This document shows positions 10,685 to 20,600 of a stretch of DNA of 64,000 nucleotides, one piece after another. Origin of the DNA: Polyangiaceae bacterium (lineage in GTDB: Bacteria; Myxococcota_A; Polyangia; Polyangiales; Polyangiaceae); NCBI GenBank assembly GCA_965222375.1, contig CBDCTZ010000015.1, forward strand, positions 1,152,001 through 1,216,000. The letters run 5' to 3'. A program made the translations under genes and the position numbers. Position 1 is the stretch's first letter. Every line of letters starts with the position of its first letter. The notes below the pieces were generated by a model that saw only the letters and a list, made by a program, of their open reading frames with translations, ran no database searches and was not told where the DNA came from.

Positions 10685-10703
10685 GAGAATGACTTTCACT
10701 ATC
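10685..10703. promoter_or_regulatory. Fur-family box
   Basis: GAGAATGACTTTCACTATC matches 14/19 of GATAATGATAATCATTATC, inside the longer inverted repeat TTATTGA...TCAATAA, just upstream of the ATG. Confidence 0.7.
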
Positions 10704-10742
10704 AATAACATGACAGGAGTCACTATTCCTGGGATTTTTGAG

Positions 10743-10834
10743 GTCGCATCCCTGCGGCAGGCTGGGTCACGGAGAAGAAAATGGTCGGGGCGAGAGGATT
10801 CGAACGTCGCATCCCTGCGGCAGGCTGGGTCACG
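10743..10834. repeat. Two identical 29-bp direct repeats separated by 34 bp containing a tRNA-Pro 3' end
   Basis: GTCGCATCCCTGCGGCAGGCTGGGTCACG at 10743-10771 and 10806-10834. Reverse complement of 10782-10805 is GTTCGAATCCTCTCGCCCCGACCA. Confidence 0.85.
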
Positions 10835-10909
10835 ACTCCAGCAACTCCCCACGCCGCCGCGCTGAACGTGGACGCCCGAGATGACTGCTCCTCTCCACGC
10901 CGTGGCGCG

Positions 10910-11135
10910 CCGCGCGGGCGCACGAGCTCAGACCGCCCGACCTCCCGCGCACCGCGCGGCGCACGAGCTCAGACCGCCAAGCTCCCGCGCACCGCGCGGC
11001 GCACGAGCTCAGACCGCCAAGCTCCCGCGCACCGCGCGGGCGCACGAGCTCAGACCGCCCGACCTCCCGCGCACCGCGCGGCGCACGAGCTCAGACCGCC
11101 CGCCCAAGCTCCCGCGCTCCGGGCGGGCGCACGAG
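10910..11135. repeat. Tandem ~41-bp GC-rich palindromic repeat array (5 full copies plus 1 partial)
   Basis: GCACGAGCTCAGACCGCC recurs at ~10920, 10961, 11001, 11042, 11083, partial at 11129; units carry a CCGCGC/GCGCGG stem. Confidence 0.9.
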
Positions 11136-11235
11136 ATTAGTGCGCGAGCGACGCCCCAGTGCACCGACCCCAAACCCAACCCCTCCGACTGCACCGTCTG
11201 AGAGTTCGGATACCAACTCTCCGCTCCGGGCAGCT

Positions 11236-11880
11236 TCAGCCTGCTCCGGCGTAGGGCTGGGCGTCGGGGTGCGCAGGGCCCCAAGCATCCAGTTTCATGA
11301 GCGACGCCTCGGATCGCAACAGGGTTGGTAGGGACGAGAGGTCCATACCGAAGCGGCGAGCGTTGTAGAGCTGCGGCGCAAGAAACACGTCGGCGGCCGT
11401 CGCGCTGTCGCCCACTAGGAACGCGCCTGCATCCGCGCTTGCCGCACGCTCCATGGCTCGGAGCCCACGCGCGATGTGATCGTTGGCCCACTCCTTCTCG
11501 TCGCCGCCGAGTCTACGCACGCCTTTGAGCACACGAAGGTTCTGTGCCGGTTGAATGCCCGCGTTGACTACCTCGACGAGCTGGCGCACTTGGTACTTGG
11601 CCATCGCGTCGCCCGGGTACAGCGCTGGTGATGGCTGCAGCTCTTCCAGGAACTCGATGATGGCGGCGGACTGCGTCAGACGCACCAGTTTGCCCTGATG
11701 CTCCAGCTCCAAGACGGGCACCTGGCGCAATGGGTTCTTGGCGTCGAAATCGTCGGCGTTCTGTTCGCCGTCGCCGCTCAGCAGATCGATGGGAACAATC
11801 TCGTAACTGAGACCTTTGAGGCCCAACGCCAAGCGCACGCGCCAGGAGCAACTCGACCTCCAGAAGCTGTACAGTTTCAT
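11236..11880 (-). CDS. maiA: Maleylacetoacetate isomerase (GST zeta class)
   Basis: MKLYSFWRSSCSWRVRLAL, NPLRQVP, QSAAI, GIQPAQNL, AHP tail. Confidence 0.92.
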   Translation of the reverse strand: MKLYSFWRSSCSWRVRLALGLKGLSYEIVPIDLLSGDGEQNADDFDAKNPLRQVPVLELEHQGKLVRLTQSAAIIEFLEELQPSPALYPGDAMAKYQVRQLVEVVNAGIQPAQNLRVLKGVRRLGGDEKEWANDHIARGLRAMERAASADAGAFLVGDSATAADVFLAPQLYNARRFGMDLSSLPTLLRSEASLMKLDAWGPAHPDAQPYAGAG

Positions 11881-11928
11881 GATCGCCCCGAGGCGTAGGG
11901 CATCGAGAGCGCGATCGCTAGTGGGCGA

Positions 11929-12741
11929 CTACAGGCCCAGCGAAGCGTCTAGAAGATCGAGGAACGACTCGATCTTGGGCTCGCTGCGAGAGCTGAAGGC
12001 AGCCGGCGCAGCATCCGGGGCCACGGGCGGGCGGGCAGTGACTTCGGGTTCGATGGGTGCAGGAGGCGCTGGTGGTGCCGGCGGCGGCGGGCGCTCGTCG
12101 GCGATTTCGATGACCCCGGAGGCTTCTTCCAGATCCACGGTAGCGCCGAGTTGCTCCTGCGTGGGCACCTCGAGCTTGCCGGGATCGGCGGCCAGCAGGT
12201 CGTCCACGCCGTCTCTCGCAATGCCTTCCGGCACCGGGGGAGCGCCCAGGCCCTGTACGGGCGGGGCTTCCTGCGGGCCCGATTCCGGTGGCGGCGTCTT
12301 CAGGGGGATCTCGCGGCCCTCGATGTCCAGCTGATCCGCTGCACCCGCGAGGGCCTCGCTCATGCTCGCGGCAGCTTTGGGACGCCGCGAAGACGCCGGC
12401 GGCTCTTCTTCTTCGATGGCGACGGGAGGCGGCTCGTCCGTGATGTCTACAACGTCCGCGTCCAACAGCTCCAGATCTTCGATGGACTCGGCGCCCATTT
12501 CTATTTCCGGCGCCTCTCCGTCGGCTTCGACGGTGGCAGCTGCGACGGGCACTGGCTCAACCGCGGCCCGTGAGGCTACAGGCTCGACGACGGCTTCCTC
12601 GATGGTCACTTCCTCGTCGTCGACGATGTCATCGCTGACAACGACCTTAGCCTCGGCGGCTCGCGCGGGCCTCGGCAGCGCAGCATTGCGCTGCACTCGG
12701 GCCAAAAGACCCTGCAGTTTGGCGATCTTCTCTGCGCTCAT
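11929..12741 (-). CDS. Hypothetical acidic/Pro-rich, largely disordered protein
   Basis: ATGA overlap with upstream gene; helical termini (KIAKLQGLLARVQRN; SFLDLLDASLGL). Confidence 0.75.
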   Translation of the reverse strand: MSAEKIAKLQGLLARVQRNAALPRPARAAEAKVVVSDDIVDDEEVTIEEAVVEPVASRAAVEPVPVAAATVEADGEAPEIEMGAESIEDLELLDADVVDITDEPPPVAIEEEEPPASSRRPKAAASMSEALAGAADQLDIEGREIPLKTPPPESGPQEAPPVQGLGAPPVPEGIARDGVDDLLAADPGKLEVPTQEQLGATVDLEEASGVIEIADERPPPPAPPAPPAPIEPEVTARPPVAPDAAPAAFSSRSEPKIESFLDLLDASLGL

Positions 12742-13289
12742 GCGTTCCCCGCCTGTAGCCGCACGACGACATCCGCCCACGCGACCCCTTCGCTCAGCCA
12801 CGCGCTGGCCTTGCCCGCCGTTCCGGCACTGAGTGCGACAAAGCGGGCCACACCATCCGCGCGGGTCAAGAATACGACTCGCACGTCTCGCCCAGCACCT
12901 CGCTGCAGCGCTCCCTCCAAGACGGCGCTGACAAGAGCGTCACCGGCTTCACCCAGTGGGCTGCCTTCGATGGTGAAGACGAGGGCTCGACCCCAGCGTT
13001 CGACGCCCAGATTGCCCAAGCCGAGAAGCGCAATATCGCCGCCGAAATGCTCGACGACGCCCTCGATGGACGCGCCCTTGAAGCCGTCTCCCAAGCGGGA
13101 AGCGACCCGCCGGCCCACCTCGGTGCCTATGCTGCGCCCGAAGTCTTTGACCGACTCTTCGCCGGCCGCTTTGCACAGCGCCAGCAGGGCTTGCGGTGGC
13201 ACGAGCATACGCGCGCCCTCCAGGTCAATTTGCCCGGCCGCTAGATTGAACTTTACAGCGTGAGAGGGGTCGAAACGCGTCGTGCTCAT
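12738..13289 (-). CDS. Hypothetical protein, possibly V4R-like ligand-binding fold
   Basis: FGRSIG..LGLG..IEGSP..GAL pattern resembles V4R domains; fold call tentative. Confidence 0.6.
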   Translation of the reverse strand: MSTTRFDPSHAVKFNLAAGQIDLEGARMLVPPQALLALCKAAGEESVKDFGRSIGTEVGRRVASRLGDGFKGASIEGVVEHFGGDIALLGLGNLGVERWGRALVFTIEGSPLGEAGDALVSAVLEGALQRGAGRDVRVVFLTRADGVARFVALSAGTAGKASAWLSEGVAWADVVVRLQAGNA

Positions 13290-13380
13290 GGCGACTTCCG
13301 AGCCGGGCTGCCAGTATAGGGCCCCCGTGCGCTACCCTGTCAAATACGTAGGGCTTTTCCGCGGGCATGGTCCGCACGCG

Positions 13381-14736
13381 GTGCGATTTTGGCTCATTGC
13401 AGCGATAATACTGATCGCTTTGTCAGCTACCGGGCAAACAAAGCGCGACCCTTCCCTGCTCCAAGGAGGGGCGGTCGACCTGAAGCTTCCCCCGGTAGAG
13501 ACGGATCCCTGGTTGCCCGTAGGGGCCGAGGTGCGGGCTTCGACGCCCCGCCCTGAAGTGGCTGGGCGCGCGTGCTCAGAGCGCGCCCCTGTGTGTGTGC
13601 ACTGGGGCGAGGAGCGCACCGCCGACGCCCCGGAGGCCCTCGCCGCCCTCGCCGACGCCTACACCAAGCTGATCTATGCCCTGGGACTGCCAGCGCCCCT
13701 GACGGATTGGGCTGAGGGTGGAAACGATTGGCTCGACCTGTACTTGGCAGGCGAAAGAGACGAGGGATTGCAGGTCCATCCCGCTGCCACCCGCCTGTCT
13801 CTCTTCGATAGTTCCGCTGCCTATTGCAGCACTGGCGCTGCGGGCAACTGGGCGCGCCAAGCCACGCTATGCGTCGCTGAGGCCATCGCATGGCGCATCA
13901 ACCCAGCTACTGCGCCGCACATCAAGCGCGCCTACGCGACCCACGCCTGGCTCTGCGTGGGCCACCCCACGAACGCTGATCTGGAGCAGCTGGACGATCT
14001 GCAAGCGAACCCGCAGCTGGGCGTGGCGACCCGAGAACTCAACGGGATCTCCGAGGGGTCTGCGATCTGGTTCGAGTATCTGGATCACAGGCTCGGGCAG
14101 GGCGCGCCGCTATCGGTATCGACTGCAATGCTCTCGCAATCTGCCACCCAAACCCACCCGTCCAGCCTGGAGTGGAACGCGGAGCCCGACGTATTCGACG
14201 TGCTGCGCAGCACCTTGGAGAACAAGCCCCGCAAGGTCGCCGAACTGCTACTGGGCTTTGGCGTCGCTCGAGCGTTCTTGGGCAGCCGGGACGACGGCAG
14301 CCATTTGCCGACCCTGGGCTGGGCGGGACAGTTCGGATCCGCGCGGGTAGACTGGTCGCTGAAGTTCTCATCGCTGCCTCGGCGCGTCGGAGTCTTGCGC
14401 CCGCTTTCGCCCACGGGCAGCGTGTACGTGTGGCTCAGCTTGGATCAGGTCCCAGCAGGGAAAACCCTGGGCTTTCGGGCACGCTGGGAACGCCCAGCCG
14501 CCTTTCATTGGGCGCTGGTGCGAGTGGACAAGCACGGTCGGGAAATCGGCCGGATGCTGGCACCGTTCACCGAGCGCGGCAGCGAGGCCGAACAGACTTT
14601 GGTGAATCTGGAGAATGTGGCAGGAGTGCTCGTTGTTGGCACCAGCCTGGGCGGCGTGGACCCAAGGCACCCGTTTGACCCGGACGTCGCACCCCATGAG
14701 CCCCACGGCTGCACCGTCTACCTCACCGCCCTTTGA
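13381..14736 (+). CDS. Secreted hypothetical protein, possibly a degenerate zinc-metalloprotease homologue
   Basis: Signal peptide from GTG 13381; VHW..LGLPAPLTD..GG..LDLYL segment; no HExxH present. Confidence 0.65.
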   Translation: MRFWLIAAIILIALSATGQTKRDPSLLQGGAVDLKLPPVETDPWLPVGAEVRASTPRPEVAGRACSERAPVCVHWGEERTADAPEALAALADAYTKLIYALGLPAPLTDWAEGGNDWLDLYLAGERDEGLQVHPAATRLSLFDSSAAYCSTGAAGNWARQATLCVAEAIAWRINPATAPHIKRAYATHAWLCVGHPTNADLEQLDDLQANPQLGVATRELNGISEGSAIWFEYLDHRLGQGAPLSVSTAMLSQSATQTHPSSLEWNAEPDVFDVLRSTLENKPRKVAELLLGFGVARAFLGSRDDGSHLPTLGWAGQFGSARVDWSLKFSSLPRRVGVLRPLSPTGSVYVWLSLDQVPAGKTLGFRARWERPAAFHWALVRVDKHGREIGRMLAPFTERGSEAEQTLVNLENVAGVLVVGTSLGGVDPRHPFDPDVAPHEPHGCTVYLTAL

Positions 14737-14743
14737 ACGCTAC

Positions 14744-16558
14744 GTGATCGGCGTTTGGCGCCGGAGTGCAGTGCTGTTGGTCGCTTTCGCAGCGGCCAAG
14801 ATCGCGTTGGTCGTGCTTCGCTTGGCAGACGGCGGTGGCCACACGCTGCGCAGCGCACTCTCGGTGCCGGCCTTCTTGTTTCAGGACGTCGCGGTCGTCG
14901 CGGTGTTTGCCCTGATCGATGCGGCACTGGGGCTGGCGTTGCGACATCGCCCGCGGGGGCTTCGAGGGGCCTCGGTGGCGATGGGCGTGCTGATGGCGTT
15001 CCTCGTGGTGTACGCCGCGTTCAACGTGGCGGTCGCGCGGCTGTTTTCGACGCCGCTGACGCACTCGATGCTCAGCGCGGCCGGGGGAGCACTGGCGGAT
15101 TCCATTTTCGCCTACGTGACGCTGGGCAACGTAGCCGCCATCTGCGCGGTCGCGCTGCTCGCCGCGGTGGTTTGGCTGAAAGTCAAAGCTCTGCCAGGCA
15201 AGCGGTCGATGTGGACGCTGGGACTCGTTGGTTCCGCTCTCGTTCTGGCGGGGCCGGCTGCCGCGCGCCGCATCGACACCTTGGGTATGCATCGCAATGC
15301 GCTAGCGGCGGTGGTGGTGACGACCTGGGCCGCGCGGCAACCTCCGCCGGCTAGCGCGTCCAAGCTGGAGCCACTGCCACCCTTGGGTCCCGCCCTGGAC
15401 CTGTCTCACTTGGCCGGCGCAGCTCGCGGGCGCAGCGTCATCTGGGTGATCCTGGAGTCCACCGCGGCTCGCTACTTGGGCAGCTACGGAGCCGATCCGG
15501 ACGCCGCCCCCAATCTGACCAAGCTCGCAGAGCACTCCGTGGTCTTCGAGCGGGCGTACTGCGCACAGCCCGAGAGCATCAAGGGCCTCTTTTCCATGCT
15601 CTGCGGCACGCCGCCGGGGGCCGGCACCGCAGCCGAGGACTACACCCATGCCAAAGTGCCCTGCCCCTCCATCGCGGCGGTGCTGCGGGCCAAGGGTTAC
15701 CGCACGGCGCTGTTTCACTCGGGCCGCTTTCGCTACCTGGGCATGCAAGGCGTCGTGGACGACCGCGGCTTCGACGAGCTGCACGACGCCGGCACCATCG
15801 GCGGCGAGCATGTATCCAGCTTCGGCACAGCAGATGCAGCCACGGTGCAGCGCATGCTGAAGTCCCTGGACGCGCTGGGCGCCGATGACCGCTTCTTCTT
15901 CGTCTATTCGCCGATCTCGGGGCACCACCCCTACAAGTCGCCAGGTGACGGCCCCAGGCCCTTCGAAGCGGAAACGGAGCAAGACCACTACCGCAACGAC
16001 CTGTACGCCGGGGATGACGCCCTCGGCTCTTTGATTGAAGGGGTGCGTGCACGCGGCCTCGAGGACAAGGTGCTATGGGCCATCGTCGGTGACCACGGCC
16101 AAGCCTTCGGTGAGCACGAGGGCAACTTCGCTCACACGCTGTTCTTGTACGAGGAGAACGTGCACGTGCCCATGATCTTCGCGGCACCAGGCGCGCTGGT
16201 AGGACAAGTGCGAGCGCCGCAGATCACCAGCCTGGTCGACCTCGCGCCTGCGACGCTCGCGCTCCTCGGCGTCGAGATCCCGAAGCGCATGGTGGGCCGC
16301 TCGCCGCTTTCGCCGCACCCAGGCGTCGCACGCTTCTTCACCGATCATGGCCCGGTCAAGCTCGGCCTGCGCCAGGGGCGCTACAAGTTCCTCTACGAGT
16401 CGGAACACGACCGCTCGCGACTTTTCGATCTGCAGGTGGACCCGGCTGAGCGCAACGATGTATCGGCGCAGCATCCCGAGCTGAGTGCAGCCTACGAGCG
16501 GCACCTCCGCGCGTGGCAGAACCAGGGGCGTAGCGACATCTTGAAGTATGTCCCCTGA
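14744..16558 (+). CDS. Membrane-anchored sulfatase-like / LTA-synthase-family protein
   Basis: About five N-terminal TM helices, then VILES, PESIKG, HHPY, GDHG..H. Start uncertain. Confidence 0.85.
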   Translation: MIGVWRRSAVLLVAFAAAKIALVVLRLADGGGHTLRSALSVPAFLFQDVAVVAVFALIDAALGLALRHRPRGLRGASVAMGVLMAFLVVYAAFNVAVARLFSTPLTHSMLSAAGGALADSIFAYVTLGNVAAICAVALLAAVVWLKVKALPGKRSMWTLGLVGSALVLAGPAAARRIDTLGMHRNALAAVVVTTWAARQPPPASASKLEPLPPLGPALDLSHLAGAARGRSVIWVILESTAARYLGSYGADPDAAPNLTKLAEHSVVFERAYCAQPESIKGLFSMLCGTPPGAGTAAEDYTHAKVPCPSIAAVLRAKGYRTALFHSGRFRYLGMQGVVDDRGFDELHDAGTIGGEHVSSFGTADAATVQRMLKSLDALGADDRFFFVYSPISGHHPYKSPGDGPRPFEAETEQDHYRNDLYAGDDALGSLIEGVRARGLEDKVLWAIVGDHGQAFGEHEGNFAHTLFLYEENVHVPMIFAAPGALVGQVRAPQITSLVDLAPATLALLGVEIPKRMVGRSPLSPHPGVARFFTDHGPVKLGLRQGRYKFLYESEHDRSRLFDLQVDPAERNDVSAQHPELSAAYERHLRAWQNQGRSDILKYVP

Positions 16559-16673
16559 GGGACGCTGCGGTGCATTTGTTTTTTGGGGGTCGCGACGGTA
16601 GGGCGGCGCGGGTTCACTACTCTCGCGGTTTCATCCCGCGGTTCGCCAGCGCATGAACAAGCCTTACCGCGGC

Positions 16674-17545
16674 TCAAGGCCCGGATTCGCAGGCGGAAGG
16701 GATGTAGTCGAAGGCTCGCGCCAACCATACAGCAGCGTTTCTGCGCGTCAGCAGGTCGAGCGGGCAGAACTTTGGCTCTGCCGGGCTGCAGCCGGTCGCG
16801 ATGCATGCCTCCTGCAGTGCCTCAATCTCCTTGTGGGCCCACGTACCCGGCTTCACATCCGTAAAGGTCTGCCCCAGAGGGTTTGGCGCGGGCAACCCCC
16901 TTGCCTTCGCCACCCAAATGGCCGCCGAGTTCCTGGGGATCTGAGAGTTCGGGCGAAACTCGAGATTCGGATAGCCGGTCGCAATGCCGTTGGCAAAGGC
17001 CGTTTCGATGTACGCGTAGTACGGATGGTTCTTTGAGACGTCAATGAAGGTGGCCGTCGCAGGCGTCACGAGCGGCAGCTTCGCTACACGCACAATCCAC
17101 TTGGCCAGCGCACTGCGCGAAACGTAGCAGTTCCCACAGAAGAGCACGGGGCCAGCTTGCAGGCCTCGACAATGCCATCGGAGTGGAGCGCATTGGCGGC
17201 GTCCACTCCGAACAACCCTGGCACGAGATCCTTGAACACTTGCGATTCGGCGCCAGCAATCGGTTTTAGATCGCAACCGCATTCGGGGATGCAAGGGACA
17301 ACTTCCGGAGCGGTCGCGACCGGCGGCAGTACGTCGCTTACCGTGACGTCCGCAGGACCCGAGTCCGAGACCGCTCCGCCTACGCCCGTGTCCACAACGA
17401 CGGCGGAATCCAACGCGCCGGAATCTGCCGCGCCGGAATCTGCCGCGCCGGAATCATCCAAGGGCCGCCCTTCCTCGATTCCCGCAATGACCTGGCACGC
17501 AAGGAATGGGAGTACGAGCAACAAGACCGCTTGGCGTCTAATCAT
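16674..17545 (-). pseudogene. SLH-domain lipoprotein with a 1-nt frameshift near 17160 (real or sequencing error)
   Basis: ORFs 17084-17572 and 16674-17294 join into one protein collinear with the neighbouring SLH cassette; TGC CAA appears as TGCAA. Confidence 0.8.
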
Positions 17546-17697
17546 CGCAGCACTCGTGTGGCATGCCGGCATGGCGCCCCGCTCGTTCCAAGTTCCTTGG
17601 CGCTCATTTCTTCCTTCATGCAGTCAGACGCACCTCCCCACTCGACCACAGCGCGCTTCGGCTGCTGAATAACCAATTGAAACCTAGCACGGAAGCT

Positions 17698-20600
17698 TCA
17701 CGCTTGAATGGGATCGCGAGTTTGTTCCCTCTTCGGAACCGCATCCCGTACCCAGCGCGAGGTGAGTGGACCAACAGCACCCGGAGACCTCGAGCGCCGA
17801 CGACGGACAACCAGGCCGACGGCGATCAACAAGCCCCACCAGGCATGGGTCTCGGGGCTCGACGGTATGGCGCTCACCGAGCAAGCACCGTCGTCGGCGT
17901 CAGCAAAAGCTGCTCCGCGAGACACTCCGGGGACCTGGGGGTATTCGGTCTGCGGATCTTTCGGGTCGACGGTCAGATCCGTGCCTCCAACGAAACCGCC
18001 ACACGGAGTTTCGACCAAGCCGAAAGCCCGGGCGACAAGCACCACAGCGCCCCGGCGCGTAAGCAGCCTGTCGGGACGGAATTGTCCGTCGCCGTAGCCC
18101 TTCGCCACGCAGTTGGCATACAGCGCTTCGATGCCGTCGCTCCACCAGGAGTCCGGGGAGACATCGGTGAAGCTCTCGGGCTTGGGGCTCGGGGGCTCGA
18201 GCTTCGCGGCGCGTGCCAACACTACCGCGGCGCTACCGCGCGTCACTGGGTTGTTCGGCCGGAATTCACCATTCGGGTAGCCCGTCATGAGGCCCGCCGC
18301 CGCTGCCGTTTCCACGTACTGGTACAGCCCGGCGCTCGGAGCGAAGTCCGAAAACGTCGGCGTCTTCGGATTGACCAGCGGCAACCCCGCCCCGAGCACC
18401 GCCATCTTCGCTAGCGCCTGTCGCGACAGTTCGCAGTCGCCGCAAAACAGCTTTGGCGACGCCTGACACCCGCTCACGACGCCGGCGTCGTACAGCGCAA
18501 GCGCTTCTGGGTGGCCCCAGGTGTCGGGGGCCATGTCTTTGAAGACCTCTTGCTCCGCACCGGCTACCGGCTTCTTGCTGCACGCAAGGCCGCAGCGCGT
18601 CGTGCCCCCCGAAGACACGCAGGTTTGGCCCGACGGGCACTTGCTGATGTTCTTCAGGTCACCTTTGCTGCTGCAGCTAGCCTGGCTGCCATCCGGCAAA
18701 CAGATGTCCTTGGCGCTCGTCTTGCCCTTGTCAACGCAGAATACCGACGCGCAGCGAAGCCCCTTCGAATCGTCGACGCAACTCGCACCCACTGACGTGC
18801 ACTTCACCACACTGCAATCCTTCTGGATCAGATTGCCATCCCACGCGCACTGCGCCTTGCACGTCTGCTCGCCCTTGACGTACTTCATGTACTTGTTCCA
18901 GTCCCAACCCGGTCCTGGGTCCGTGTGGCTGGAGCAGTCCGGGGTCTCATTGTGACCAAGGATGTGTTGGCGGTCTTTTGGGATGTTGTACTTGTCGCAG
19001 AGCCACGCCGTCAGCTTGGCGCTCTCGCGGTACATGGCGTCCGTGTACCACTTACCGGGATTGTCGACGTAGCCCTCGTGTTCGATGCCGATCGAGTTCG
19101 AGTTGAAACAGGCGTCGTGGTAGGCGATGTCGCTGTCATCGACCATCTGCGTGATGCGACCATCGCTGGAGCGGACGACATAGTGCGAGGACACTTTGGC
19201 AGCAGGGTTTTTGAACCAGCTGATCGCACCCGAGTAGCTACCCTGGATCGTGTGAATGACGATGTAGTTGATCTGCCCGGCACCGCGGGAAGCTTTCGAA
19301 TAGTTGCTGGAAGCCGCCGGCGTGAAAGTGGCGCCCGGGTAGCCCAGCGGCTCCGAAACTTGCGCAATACCGTCGCCCAGCTCTGGACTCGGAGGCAGGG
19401 GCGCGACGCGAACCGCCAGACCCGCATCGTCGACTCCCTCGAAACCCCGCGACATCAGCAGGCGAACTTCTTCCACGAGTTCCGAACCACCGTACTTGGC
19501 GACAGCGTCCCACCAGGCGTCAACGCCGCCCAGGCCACTGGTTGCGCCCCGCGCCTGTAGCCACGCGCCAGCTGCAATGATGTTTGCCCGGGCGTCTTTT
19601 TGAATCGACGCTTCGCTAAGCCCAGAGAGCCGCGCGGCATCCATGAGCTGGGTGCTGCCAGCAGTTCCGATTGCCATGACGCCGATCTCGGGAGCCCCAT
19701 GAGCATGACCGTCGGTATCCCCGCCGCCTTGTGTGAAACGGGACTGAGCGTAGGCTACGGTCGCCAATAGTTCGGCCGGCACGCCGCTACGCGCCTCCGC
19801 ATCGCGAAAGTGCGCAATCAACGGCGAATCACCACTGAGAGTAGCGCGCCGTGCTTCAACGCCTTGTACCTCCGCCGCACTGCAGCCACTGATCGTGATG
19901 ACCGCGCCCAGCGCCGTTCCCGCACCGAGTGCGAGTCGGCGCGGTGAATGCTTTGAACCCGTCCAGCGTCTCCGCCCCCAAAGTGTGACGCCGAGCAGCA
20001 GTAGGCCAAGCCACGCGCCGCTGCTCTCGCGACCTGTACGACCTACAGTACAGCCACTGTCATCGGCATCTGCGAGAGCAGCACCTCGTGAGACTGCAGG
20101 GTCGTCACCAACTTCAGGGTCCTTGGTCTCGGGGTCTTTGGCCTCGGGATCTTTGCTCGGATCGATGCTCGGATCCGTGCCTCCAACGAAGCCACCACAG
20201 GGAGTTTCGACCAAGCCGAAAGCCCGGGCGACGAACACTGCAGCGCCCCGGCGCGTGAGCAGCTTGTCGGGACGGAATTTTCCGTCGCCGTAGCCCTTCG
20301 CCACGCAGTTGGCATACAGCGCTTCGATGCCGTCACTCCACCAGGAGTCCGCAGCGACATCTGTGAAGCTCTCGGGCTTGGGGCTTGGAGCCTCGAGCTT
20401 CGCCGCACGCGCCAGTACCACCGCGGCGCCGCCGCGCGTCACTGGGTCGTTCGGTCGGAATTCTCCATTCGGGTAGCCCGTCATCAGACCCGCCGCCGCC
20501 GCTGTCTCCACGTACTCATACAACCCGGCGCTCGGAGCAAAGTCCGAAAACGTCGGCTTCTTCGGGTTGACCAGCGGCAGCTCCGCTGCCAGCACCACCA

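Noticed and set aside
10910..11135. Possible CRISPR array
   Set aside because: Units are contiguous near-copies with no unique spacers.
17545..17698. Downstream SLH lipoprotein as a fourth polyprotein module
   Set aside because: It follows a stop codon, is in a different frame and has its own ATG and signal peptide.
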